From Eledone cirrhosa (taxonomy: Eukaryota), in contig OZ024742.1 in assembly GCA_964016885.1 (NCBI GenBank), forward strand, positions 105,524,001-105,588,000: a DNA stretch of 64,000 nucleotides. The letters run 5' to 3'. The notes beneath the pieces were generated by a model. That model was not told the DNA's origin. It made no database searches and worked only from the letters and a program-made list of their open reading frames with translations. This document shows, piece by piece, positions 26,301 through 38,311 of the stretch (the stretch's first letter is position 1; every line of letters begins with the position of its first letter). A program made the translations under genes and the position numbers.

Positions 26301-26455
26301 TTTTTATCTGGGAGCTCTCCCATAGCTGCTGACTCTAACATGGGTCTAACCCACATGGCAATGGGGGTTTGTGGTCCAATGAAACTTAGGGCTCCAAACC
26401 AATAATTGCTGGGCATGGTGTCCTGTTAAGGCTCCCACACTCCCTACTATTGGTG
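23345..26455 (-). mobile_element. R4/Dong-like LINE with both ends, internally deleted, flanked by (AAT)n
   Basis: N-terminal INQLLFATA...PKWQRQLERKI; RT GCKDQLLI and MAWIDYKKAFDSVPHSWI; zinc-motif remnant CRLC..GEAINH; TAQILWRVL C-terminus; (AAT)n-like repeats at 23335-23350 and 26457-26497. Confidence 0.8.
24391..24850 (-). mobile_element. Solo LTR-like element, family 1
   Basis: 460 bp; termini TGTAGC...CCTAAA; TSD ATAT (24387-24390 and 24851-24854). Confidence 0.8.
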
Positions 26456-26510
26456 CTATTTATTATTTTTATTACCATTACTATTATTTTATTATTTTAA
26501 AAGGATTGAG

Positions 26511-26726
26511 GGCGGTGGATTGGCAGTATCGGTAGAGAGTCGGACACCATGCTTTGCTGCATAGAGTTATGGTCTTTTACAGTCTGAGTTCAAATCCCGC
26601 TAAGGTTAACTTTGCCTTTCATCCTTACGGGGTCGATAAATTATAGCACCAGTAATGTACTGGGGTCGATTAATCGACTTTCCCCTCCCCCAAATTACTG
26701 GCCTTGTGCTTATACTAGAAATCATT
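26511..26726 (+). mobile_element. tRNA-derived SINE, near full length (representative of many copies and fragments)
   Basis: A-box-like TGGCAGTATCGG, B-box-like GAGTTCAAATCCC, central GCCTTTCATCCTTACGGGGTCGATAAA and tail GGCCTTGTGC..AGAAATCATT. Other copies at about 1440, 5450, 10140, 43990, 44665, 46830, 49370, 49431, 50895, 54875, 58879 and 62200. Confidence 0.88.
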
Positions 26727-27184
26727 TTAAAAGGATTGATATAACTCCTCACAAAGGTCAATAGACAATACAAAAAGCGCGATGCGATTGCAATAGATAT
26801 TTTGTTGGTTGAACAATATTTCGACAGCTAGTCTGTTTTTGTCGAGTTACTATTATTATTATTATGGCCGCACATGTGTGAAGACAGTACAAATCTGCGG
26901 GGGAAAAGGTTCGTAACTTTAAGCTGTTTTAAAGTGTCATTTTTTGTATTTTCTTGTCGTTAACGAAACTTTGGGTACACATCTTGATTTAAAGAGAGGG
27001 ATACCTCTCAATATTCGGGCTTTAAGCCCGAATATTCAGATTTATTTTTAAAAACTTCGAAAAAAATCGCTTCCCCACCAAAAGAAAATTATGGAAATTT
27101 TCGACCTTGAAACGGTAAACAACGTTCAGGTCAAAAGTTTAACGGCAGCCACAGTAGATTTCACCACAACTGACGGCTACAGTC

Positions 27185-28922
27185 ATGCCTGTCATCCACT
27201 CTACTGAATGTGAAGGCAAAACTCAAAAGCTACCATCACAACCTTCTGTGATAGCAGCAGTATCATCTGAAAACGACATCACCACCACCACCACCACCAC
27301 CACCACAACAACTCAGAGCAATAACGACAATAACACGGATGGCGGTGGCAACACCAATAACAACAGCAAGAATGACAACACCAACAATAAGAGCATCAGA
27401 AACACCACATTTGCTGCAGCAGCAGCAAAAACAAAGCGCTTATTCAATATTGATATTGATATTAGCGATAAAGACGAACAGTTGGCCAAAGCGTGGAGGC
27501 TAATTAAACGGGAGAAGTCCTGGGCAAACCTGACCATCCTGAACGAGGCAATAGCGGCCATGCAAAGGAGGATGGTGTTCTTTCGATGTATTTCGGTGCA
27601 GACACGAAAAGTGGAACTTGCGAGCCAAGCAGAGGTAGAGGCTGCTTTGGAGTACATCGGAAGTAATATAGAGTACAAAGTAAGAGGCAAACAGTTCGGT
27701 ACCATCTCGGTACTGTTCAAAACCGAGGCTCTCGCTATTAAGCACTCGGTGACCCCTGCAGAACGGAACGCATTATTATGCATCCGTCCTACATGGGTAA
27801 AAGGACAGCAAAGGTACGCATTCCCAGCATCCCTCCAGGAATGAACATATGGTGGCTGCTGGGATGCGTAATCGAGGAGGGGACAGACACTACCCCCCTG
27901 GAAGTCAAAAGGACAGAGAGAGAGGACTGGTCCGGAATGGATTTGGAGATTCTTCTCCAAATGAAACCGGAGGATATGAATAACATCCCTGATTTTGCCC
28001 GCCTGCAAGACGGGACAACAATCCAACTGATCATTGACGGGAGAAGGCCACGCTGCTTCGTCTGCGGGGAAGCAACGCATCTTCAAGCCTTCTGCTCTCA
28101 GCGCAAAAATGCAGGGGGTCGCAAACCTCCTTTGTTGCCAACACCAGTGTCAGCACGGAAAGCTGCACCACCACCACCACCGAAAACAACACCAAAACCA
28201 ATCCAAGGAGAAAACGAGGAAAGCTCTCCCACTCTCCCACCCCAATTATACACATAGACAAAACAATAAACGCACGCACAGACACAGACCCTTTGTCTTC
28301 CAGCAGCGAAGATGAAGGAAAACCCAAAAGTGCAAAAAAACAGAAAACTAAAAAAAAAAAAAGCCCCTACACAACAAAAAATACAGACACCACTAACGCA
28401 AACACTTCCCCAATAACATCATCACCAACAGCAACATCGAGACCACCTCCACAATCCCCGAAACGCAAACAACCTAAACAAACACAAGTACAAATAAATA
28501 CACAAATACCTGAAATTGCAGACACCACACCTACAACAAACATAGACATACCTGAAACAACACCACCAAAACCATCGCCACCACAGTCACCAAAACGAAA
28601 ACAAATAAAATCATACCAACAAAATGTTAAAAACTTTGTGCTTGTCAGACGGGCCAACGATAAACTGATGGCCCTCTTAGTGTGAAGCGAGGACATTCAA
28701 ACAGAGGGGGAGATTTTTTAAATGAGCACATTTTGTGTGCCAGAAGATTTGCTTCTGGTCCGAATGTCACTCAATTCCTTCAAAGAAATTCGAGAGAGCT
28801 TTCCTCAAGACGTGGGAACCCCGAATGTGAAACCCACATCAAGACTTTTAACGGGGTTCCCAAAGAAGCCCCACCAACCATGGAGGTCGAACCACCCAAC
28901 CTTCACAAGACCCGGGAGGTAA
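27185..28922 (+). pseudogene. Tx1 A ORF1 (nucleic-acid-binding, zinc knuckle), frameshifted
   Basis: ORF pieces 27185-27844, 27778-28257 (DGRRPRCFVCGEATHLQAFC), 28293-28685 and 28722-28922; Thr/Asn-rich and Pro/Lys-rich low-complexity segments. Confidence 0.85.
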
Positions 28923-28957
28923 GTAAACCTTCCCTCTTTCTCTCTTAGCTTACCAAT

Positions 28958-31900
28958 ATGGCCATATTAAGAGTAGGAAGTTTAAATGTTCGCGGCCTGG
29001 GGTCATCCTGGAAGCAGGGTCGCCTGCTCAACGACCTCCGGTCGCTGGAAATGGATGTGATTGCCGTAAGCAAGACCAGAATTTCCGACACGCGCGCACT
29101 AGCCCCCATTTTCGACGACTATCAGATCTTCGCGTCTGTTAGCAGGCCGGGATTGGGGGTGGGTGGGGTGGCAGTGCTGTTTAGGAAAGGACTGGATCTC
29201 GAGGTAAGGTCGATCTTCCGGGACCCGGACGGTAAGTTGGTGGTCTTGGAAGTGAGCGGTAGCGAAGGTGGTGCCTTTAGACTGCTGGCCGTCTACGCCC
29301 CTACAGGGGCTGGACGACCTGACTTCTTTAGGCGCCTGGAGACCTTTCTGGGTACGTCTCGCCCTTTACTGTTAGTGGGGGACTGGAATGGCATCTTAGA
29401 CGCACGCTGGGATTGTGTGGGAGTAACCGATAGGAGCGGGGGGTGCAAAAGCCTCAAGCACCTACTCAGCCAGTTCCAATTGTCTGACAGGTATCGACTA
29501 GATTTCCCCAATGTTCCAGTATGGACATGGACCAACCGAATGGGGTCATCTAGATCGTATATAGACAGGATCTTCATAAGGAAAATATAGAAATAGTGTG
29601 GGCTGTCCACTTTTTAAAATGGTCGCCTATTCAGATCACAAATTTGTGATCTGTACGGTCGACCTAAAAAATAGAAAGGAGAGGGAGCTGGTAGATAAGT
29701 TAGACGAGGCTATTTGTAGTGGCATCGCAACTGATGTGCTAGCGGCAAAATGGCATTAGACCATTTCTTCAATGCCAAACACGAAGGTTGCATTGTCAGA
29801 GCTAAGGCGCGTGCGCTGAGAAACGAGGGAACTAAAGCTGTTCGATGGGCCCGCGTGGCGGAGGTGCAGCGTGGTAATAAAACCACAATTCGGTCTTTGG
29901 CGGACCGAAACGGACACGAGATAAGCGATTCCAAGTGGATGTGTGAGGCCTTTCGCCAGCACTTTGCTCGGTTGTTCAGGGAGAGGGGCGAGTCAGAGAG
30001 AGAGTAGCGGATTTCAGGCTCTACCTTGACGGCTTGCCGCGCATCTTGACGGTCGACGCTGAACGCTGCGAAAGGCCGATTACTTCAGCCGAAATTCAGG
30101 ACGCCCTTGTCGGCTGCATGAGGCGCAAGTCACCCGGTTTGGATGGCCTGCCCTACGAGCTTTACGTAAATATGCCAGACTTGTTCTTTGAACTCCTCGA
30201 AGCACTCTACTGCAACTGGCAGCAGAATGGGAGTATTCCCAGTTCTGTGAGCAGGGGAGTGGTGACGCTAATAAGGAAAGACGAGAACAAGAGGGATACA
30301 TTAGATAACTTCTGGCCCATAATTCTGCTCAACACAGAGTTTAAGATTTTGGCCAAGGTGTTAGCAAAGAGATTGGCGCTTGTCGTCGAGGATTTGGTTG
30401 GGGAGGCGCAAACTTGCGCAACCCAGCCAGGTCCATACACGACAATCTCCACCTCATGCGATACATCATAGAGAGGGTAGGGTGTAAACCTGGCTTCGGT
30501 GGGGCACTGATCAATTTAGATCAATCGAAAGCATTTGATAGGGTCGACCATCGGTATCTTGAGTTTGTCCTCAAAGTAGCTGGCTTCGGCCCTGTCTTTA
30601 GAAGCTGGATCGTTGCAATGCACAGCGGCACACGCTCGGTGGTCAAGGTTAATGGCCACCTCTCGGAACCATTTCGGCTCTCCCGATTGGTCCGTCAAGG
30701 GTGCCCTCTCTCTTCCCTGCTGTACGTATTGACTCTCGAGCCTTTACTGCGGAAGCTGGAGCTGTTGCAGGGCATTCCGCTCGAACCGGGACGTGGAAGG
30801 CGGTGTCGGCTTATGCGGACGACATCACCGTGATGGTGTCGAACACCTCAGAAATCGAGGTGGTCGGCATCTTATTGAAAGAATATGAAAGGTTGACAGG
30901 AGCCAAACTTAACCCGGAAAAGTCGGTGGGCTTGCAGCTCGGAACCTGGAGAGGCAAGCCCATGCCGTCCAACAGCGTCGTGGGGCGTTGGACGGACGGA
31001 CCGGTAAAGGTGCTCGGGGTTTGGTTCGGACCAGACCTCCAGGTGGAAAAGAATTGGGATGAGGTAACGAGCAGAGTAGCCAGTCTCACCCAAAAATGGG
31101 CTGGGAGGAAGCTATCACTGAAAGGTCGAGCGGAGGCGGCGAATGCGTACAGTGCGTCCATCATCTACTACCGCCTGACCGTCGTGCTTTGCCCCCGTCC
31201 GCGCCTCGTCAAGTTGGAACGGCTCCTCTTCAAATTCTTGTGGAAGGGACAAGTTCCGTTGGTGAGGCGGTCCATCTGCTGCCAGCACCCTCTACGCGGA
31301 GGGCTGGGCATGCCGTGGCTAATGATGTGCAGACATGCGTTGAAGCTGCGACATCTCCAGATATTCTGCCTCAACGGGGAACAGGTGTGGTCGCCGTTTA
31401 TCAGACGGGCTTTTCCGCAGCTCATTTCTTTGACCGAGCTGCAGTCCTGGGTCAAGAAGAGACCGAGACTGGGTGACTGGCACCTGGAATGTTGCCAGGC
31501 ACTCACTGCCCTCTACCAAGCGGGCAATGCGATCAGTGGAACTTCCACTCTCGAGTTCTATAGAGGATTAGTGGTGGGCAAGTGCGATGACGCACTCGGA
31601 GAAGCTTTGGGCCTCGACGAAGTCGAACTGACCAGTCTGTACCGGAGGACTCTTGAGCTGGGGACGATGGACAATTTCCAGAAATCCCTCACTTGGCAGT
31701 GCTACCGGGGGGCACTGCCGGTTCGGGATAAACTCTACAGGCACGGAAGTGCTGTCAGACGGACCTGCCCAAGATGCACACAGAACGACGAAACCGTTCT
31801 GCACGCACTTGTCCAATGTCCGTGCATTACTGACTTGTGGAGTTATATCGAACAGCTACTGTCGCGTGTAGAACGAATCCGGCTATCGGCCGAGTCCATA

Positions 31901-32181
31901 GTGAAGATCGATCCACCGCCTTCCTTAGGTCAGGAAGAGCAGGAAATTTTCCTCTGTCTGGTGGCAGTTGCGAAAGAGATTATATGGTGGACCAGGTTGA
32001 AAGGACTAAAGACAGACACTTTTCTCTTCGGCCAATCCCTCATCAACTTCTTCAAGTTTCACCTGGAAAGGAAGGTGAGGGTGGAGAGAGAAGTGCTGCC
32101 CCCAGTACATTTGCTAAAAGGTGGGTGAATGTGGCGAGAATGGCTCGTGTGAATGGGCCTACTCTGACCATGCGCCTATAG
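28958..32181 (+). pseudogene. Tx1 A ORF2 (APE endonuclease, RT, zinc motif), frameshifted with a deletion
   Basis: SLNVRGL, VYAP, GDWN, SYIDRIF, SDH; KSPGLDGLP, LDQSKAFDRVDH, VRQGCPLS, AYADD, RGGLG; CPRC..ETVLHALVQC. The segment present in copy C at about 37020-37210 is missing near 29665. Confidence 0.92.
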
Positions 32182-32481
32182 GCTAGCTAACTTGAGGATA
32201 GGGGTGCTCTCCCTGGGTGCCCTAGAAGCGCAGGGTGGTTCAGGATTGGTGGGATACCCGAATCACCCCAGGGTCGTCCACCCCCTATCGGGGAATTTAT
32301 TTTGTTATATTTATGCATAGTTTATTTAATATTTTTATATTTTCATTGTTAAATTAGTCTTGCCATTGTGCACTTTTACTCGACCTTATTGTAAACCCCC
32401 ACTGTCCCTGTCTTTGTATTGTCCCCTACATGTCGGCCCTTGTGGCTAATAAATGAAATCATTATTATTATTATTATTATT

Positions 32482-34770
32482 GGCAACCTACGTAGTAAAT
32501 CGTATCATCGTGAACTCCGCAAAGGTTTGTTTTGAGTTGTTTAAAATTGCCATTTATGGAAAAATTCTATTAACTGTATATAAGTGCACATTATTTGTTT
32601 TCTGAAAAGGACACTCAAAAAGATTGGGGCCGTGAGCCCAAAATTAAAACTTTTATAATTATAAAAAAAAAAAAATTTCTTTGAAAAATCATGGCCGACT
32701 CACAGCTGAACCCAGTAGCTGAGAGCCTTCCTCACAAACTAACACCTCACACCGACACCACCATTGTAAATATTACTACGTTTGCCAACACTAAAAATAT
32801 AAGCAGTAGCAATATTTTAAATTTGTCTCAGGCAGACATTCATTTCCTGCCATTACCAATGACTGCAGGTGTTGAAGCTGCCACCACCACCACAGCGACA
32901 ACAGAAACAAAAGAAAAAAATAAATTATTTTGTGATATCAAAATGAATTCACCCAAAATGAACTCTTCCACACCGAACTCCACTGACGCCACCACAACTG
33001 AAACTAAAATTAACAATAACAAAAATAACGATAACAACAACAACAATGAAAATAAGAAAACCCTGTCTTTTGCCAGAAGAGCAAAAAAGTGTGAAGCAAT
33101 CCAGGTAACTCAGGAGGAATTAGAAGAAGCCAAAAAAAATGGTAAAGAAAGATGGGTACAAGGTCAGCCCCCCCCCCCCCCAATAAAATGGAGCATTGGC
33201 GCCTATGCACTGTGTCTGATCGGACGATTAACATAAAATTGCGCCGAGTGGAACGGGCATCCGAGTCCCAAATCCCAAAAGTTTTGGGACGTGTGGGCAA
33301 AAAAAACCCACATCAGACGTGGGCAGAAATATGAAACCGTGGACGTGTTCTTTGAAACACCACAGGAGGCCAGAGAATACTCCATGGCCCCATTAAGAAG
33401 TGATGACTTCACACTCGTCCCAAGCTATTGTGGCCAGAGACTCGTCAAGATCAGGGTGACCCACGTTCCACTCCCCGACCTATCGCAACTGGAGACAGAT
33501 TGTGACAAGGAGTGGGAAACGGCATCAGGAAAAAAGAAAAAAAGAAAAAGAAACCAAAAAAGAAAAATCCTCTTCCTTCCCCCTCCAAAAACAAAATACA
33601 GAGGGAAACAAATAAACTATCAAACAAAGAAGTTAGGACAGATATGCCACCATCCACACCAGCATCACCAACCCCATCACCACAAACACCATCACCATCA
33701 TTAACTCCAACACCACCATTACCAACACTACAAATGTCACCAAAAAGCGAAACAAACCCACAACAAACGCAAACAAAACAACCACAACGATACACACTAC
33801 ACAGCATTAAATTTGAACAACCAATTATTACACTACATCCAACACAACACCAGCATCACAGAAAAAGACTACACAACAACCCAAAAGTTCACACCACATC
33901 CACACATACAAATCACTCGCATCACATAGAAAACGTACACGACACTAAAACAAAACTAGGATGATCCGTGTCAGCATATGCGGACAATGTCACCGTAGTG
34001 GTTCCGAACGCCAAACACATCGAGGCGATCGGCACTACACTAAGAGAAAACGAAGCGGTGACAGGAGCAATGATCAACCAGGAAAAGTCGGGCCTGCTGC
34101 TTGGCACCTGGAGAGGCAGGTCCATGCCGTCCAACAGCGTCGTCGGGCGCTGGACGGACGGACCGGTTAAATTGCTAGGGGTCTGGTTTGGTTCGGACCT
34201 CCAGACGGACAAAAACTGGGATGAGGTGACGAGCAGGGTGGTTTCTCTCACCCAGAAATGGGCGGAGAGGAAGCTATCCCTGAAAGGAAAGGTCGAGTGG
34301 AGGTGGCTAACGCGTACATCGCGTCCGTCATCTACTACCGCCTGACCGTCGTACCTTGTCCTAAGCCCCGCCTGACTGCGCTAGAGCGTTTGCTCTTTCA
34401 CTTTTTGTGGAAGGGACGCGCTCCGATGGTCAGGCGGTCCATCTGCTGTCAACACCCGCTACGTTGAGGGCTGGGCATGCCGTGGCTGATGATGCGCAGA
34501 CACGCGCTCAGGCTACGACATCTCTTCCTCGACGGTGATCAGGTGTGGTTGCCGTTTGCTAGACGCGTCTTTCCCCAGCTCGTCTCCTTGACGGAGCTGC
34601 AGTCCTGGGTCAAGCGAAGACCGAGAGGGAGCGCGTGGAGACTGGAATGTCTTCAGGCGCTCACAGCCCTCGACCAATCGGGCAATGTGATCGGTGGAAA
34701 CTCCACCTTAGCGTTCTATAGAGGATTAGTGGAGGGGAAGAGCGATGACATACTTGGGGAAACTCTAGAT
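32482..34770 (+). mobile_element. Tx1-like element B (second subfamily), internally deleted and 3'-truncated
   Basis: Starts right after the (ATT)n tail of A; ORF1 remnants from 32691; jumps to SAYADN in RT at about 33960. Confidence 0.85.
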
Positions 34771-37700
34771 GTCGTTGTTGTCCTGAGTTATGGTGGTGAT
34801 GTTTTGAGATGATACTGCTATCACAACCGCTCCCTTCTGTGATAGTAGCAGTATCATCTCAAAACATCACCACCACCACCACAACAACTTAGGACAACAA
34901 CGACAATAACACCGACCGCCTCAATGTAAACACGGATGGCGGTGGCAACAACAAACAAAACAATAACAACACCAACAACAGCAAGAACGACAACACCAAC
35001 AAAAAGAACAACAGAGGCACCCCCTTTGCAGCGTCAGCATAAAAAAACAAAGCGCTTATTGAATGTTGATATTAGCGATAAAGACGAACAGCTGGCCCAG
35101 GCGTGGAGGTTAATTAAATGGGAGAAGTCCTGGGCAAACCTGACCATCCCGGACGGAGCAATAGCGGCCATGCAAAGGAGGACGGTGTACTTTCGATGCA
35201 TTTCAGTGCAGACACATAAAGTGGAACTTGCCAGCCAAGCAGAGGTCGAGGCTGCTTTGCAGTGCATCAGAAGTGACAGAGTATAAAGCAAGGGCCAAGC
35301 AGTTCGGTACCATCTCGGTACTGTTCAAAACAGAGGCCCTTGCTATTAAGCACTCGGTGACCCCTGCAGAACGGAACGCATTATCATGCACTCGTCCTAC
35401 ATGGGCAAAATGTCCGCATTCCCAGTATCAGTAAAGGTCCGCATTCCCAGTATCAGTAAAGGTCCGCATTCCCAGTATCCCACCAGGAATGAACATGGTG
35501 GCTCCTGGGACGCGTAATCGAGGAGGGGACAGACACTACCCTCCTAGATATCAAAAGGACAGAGAGAAGACAGGTCCAGAATGGATTTGGAGATTTCTCT
35601 CCAAATGAAACCAGAGGACATGAACTACATACCGGATTTTGCCTGCCTGCAGGACGGCACAACAATCCAACTAATCACTGAGAGAAGAAGAGCGCACTGC
35701 TTCGTCTGCGGGGAAGCAACGCATCTGCAAGCCTTCTGCCCTCAGCTAAAAAATGCAGGGGGTCGCAAACCTCCTTTATTGCCGACACCAGTGTCAGCAT
35801 GGAAAGCTGCAACACCAAAAACAACACCCACAATGACACGGGTAACCCCACCAACATCAAAAACAGTCGGACCACGACCAGCACCGAAACCAATCCAAGG
35901 AGAAAACGAGGAAAGCTCTCCCACTCCCCCTACCCCTCCAATTATACTCATAGACAAAACAATAAATGCACACACAGACACAGATACACTCATAGCCACA
36001 GACCCTTAGTCTTCCAGCAGTAAAGATGAATGAAAACCCAAAAGTGCCAAAAAACAAAAGAGGAAACTCACCAAAAAAAAGCCCCAACAAAATACAAACA
36101 CATACACAACAAAAAATACAAACACCACTAACGCAAACACTTCCCCAATAACATCAACATCAATATCAACACCACCCCCACAATCCCCGAAAGGCAAACA
36201 ACCTAAACAAACACAGGAAGGAATAAACACACAGCCACCTGAAATTGCAGACACCACACCTAAAACAAACACAGACATACCCGAAACAACACCACCAAAA
36301 CCATCACCACCACAGTCACCAAAACGAAAACAAATAAAATGACACCAACAAAACATTAAAAACTTTGTGCTTGTCAGAAGGGCCAACGATAAATTGATGG
36401 CCCTCTTAGCACGAAGCGAGGACATCCAAACAGAGGGGGAGATCTTTGAACTGAACACATTTTGCGTGCCAGAAGATTTGCTTCTGGTGCGAATGTCACT
36501 CGATTCCTACAAAGAAATTCGAGAGAGCTTTCCGCAAGACGTGGGAACCCCGAAAGTGAAACCCACATCAAGACTTTTAAAGGGGTTCCCAAAAGAAACC
36601 CCACCAACCATGCAGGTCGAACCACCCGACCTTCACAAGACCCCGGGAGGTAAGTAAACCTTCCCTCTCTCTATTTTAGCTTGCCAACATGGCTATATTA
36701 AGAGTAGGAAGTTTAAATGTTCGCGGCCTGCTCAACGACCTCAGGTCTCTGGAAATGGATGTGATTGTGTGGGAGAAGCTGATAGGCGCAGGGTTTGCAA
36801 AAGCCTCAAACACCTAATCAGCCAGTTCCAACTGTCTGACAGGTATCGACTAGATTTCCCTAATGCGCCAGTGTGGACGTGGAGAAACCGCATAGGGTCA
36901 TCTAGATCATATATAGACAGGATTTTTATAAGGAAAATAGATAGAAATAGTGTAGGCTGCCCTATTTTTAAAACGGTCGCCTATTCAGATCACAAATTTG
37001 TGATCTGTTTAGTCGACCTAGATAAAACGTGTAGGTTGGGACTGGAAGCTGAACATGTCATTTCCGGCACGTAAGGCTTACATGGACCGAGTCAACAATT
37101 TAGTTAAGCAAAAGTTGACAGGGGATGATCATCAACAACAGATGGTGGGTGGCTCTCAAAAGAGAGATTAGAGTAACTTCGATAGAGTTCATCAAAGAAC
37201 TAGCGTTAGAGAAAAATAGAAAGGAGGGGGAGCTGGTAGATAAGTTAGACAAAGCTATTTGTAGTGGCATTGCAACTGACGTACTTGCGGCGAGAATGGC
37301 ATTAGACCATTTCTTCAATGCGAAACATGAAGGTTGCATTGTCAGAGCTAAGGCGCGTGCGCTGAGAAACGAGAGAACCAAAGCTGTGGCCCGCGTGGCA
37401 GAAGCACAGTGTGGTAATAAAACCACAATTCGGTCTTTGACGCACTCGGAGAAGCTTTGGGCCTCGACGAAGTCGAACTGACCAGTCTGTACCGGAGGGC
37501 TTTCGAGCCGGGGACGATGGACAATTTCCAGAAATCCCTTGCTTGGCAGTGCTACCGGGGGGCACTGCCGGTTTGGGATAAACTCTACAGGCATGGAAGT
37601 GCTGTCAGACGGATGCGCACAGAGCGACGAAACCGTTGTGCATGCACTTGTCCAATGTCCATTACTGACTTGTGGAGTTATGTCGAACAGCTACTGTCAC

Positions 37701-38293
37701 GTGTGGAACGGATCCAGATATCACTGAGTCCATAGTGAAGAATGAACTGCCGCCTTCCTTAGGTCAGGAAAAGCAGGCAATTTTCCTCTGTCTGGTGGCA
37801 GTTGCGAAAGAGGTTATATGGTGGACCAGATTAAAAGGACTGAAGACACACTTTTCTCTTCGGCCAATCCCTCATCATCAACTTCAAGTTTCACCTGGAA
37901 AGGAAGGTGAGGGTGGAGAGAGAAGTGCTGCGACCCAGTACATTTGCTAAAAGGTGGATGAATGTGGTGAGAATGGCCAGTGTGAATGGGCCTACTATGA
38001 CCATGCGCCTATAGGATAGCTAACTTGAGGAGAGGTGTGCTCTCTCTGGGTGCCCTAGAAGTGCAGGGTGGTTCAGGATTGGTGGGGTACCTGAGTCACC
38101 CCAGTGTCGTCCACCCCCTATCGGGGAATTTATTTTGTTATATTTATGCATAGTTTATTTTATATTTTTATATCTTCATTGTTAAATTAGTCTTGCCATT
38201 GTGCACTTTTACTCGACCTTATTGTAAACCCCCACTATCCCTGTCTTTGTATTGTCCCCTACATGTCGGCCCTTGCGGCTAATAAATGAAATC
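34771..38293 (+). mobile_element. Tx1-like element C (same subfamily as A), 5'-truncated with fold-back junction, RT deleted
   Basis: High similarity to A in ORF1, the start of APE and the 3' UTR; deletion junction near 37440; (ATT)n tail 38293-38311. Confidence 0.9.
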
Positions 38294-38311
38294 ATTATTA
38301 TTATTATTATT

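Larger units (their letters stand above)
26866..32460 (+). mobile_element. Tx1-like non-LTR retrotransposon A, near full length, inactivated
   Basis: Flanked by (ATT)n on both sides; ORF1 with a CCHC knuckle; ORF2 with APE, RT and C-terminal zinc motif; 3' end GCCCTTGTGGCTAATAAATGAAATC. Confidence 0.92.

Noticed and set aside
26511-26600. tRNA genes at SINE heads
   Set aside because: A- and B-box-like motifs are present, but there is no cloverleaf and they are always attached to the SINE body.
35412-35480. 25-bp tandem triplication in Tx1 C ORF1
   Set aside because: Real, but an ordinary slippage duplication in a dead element.
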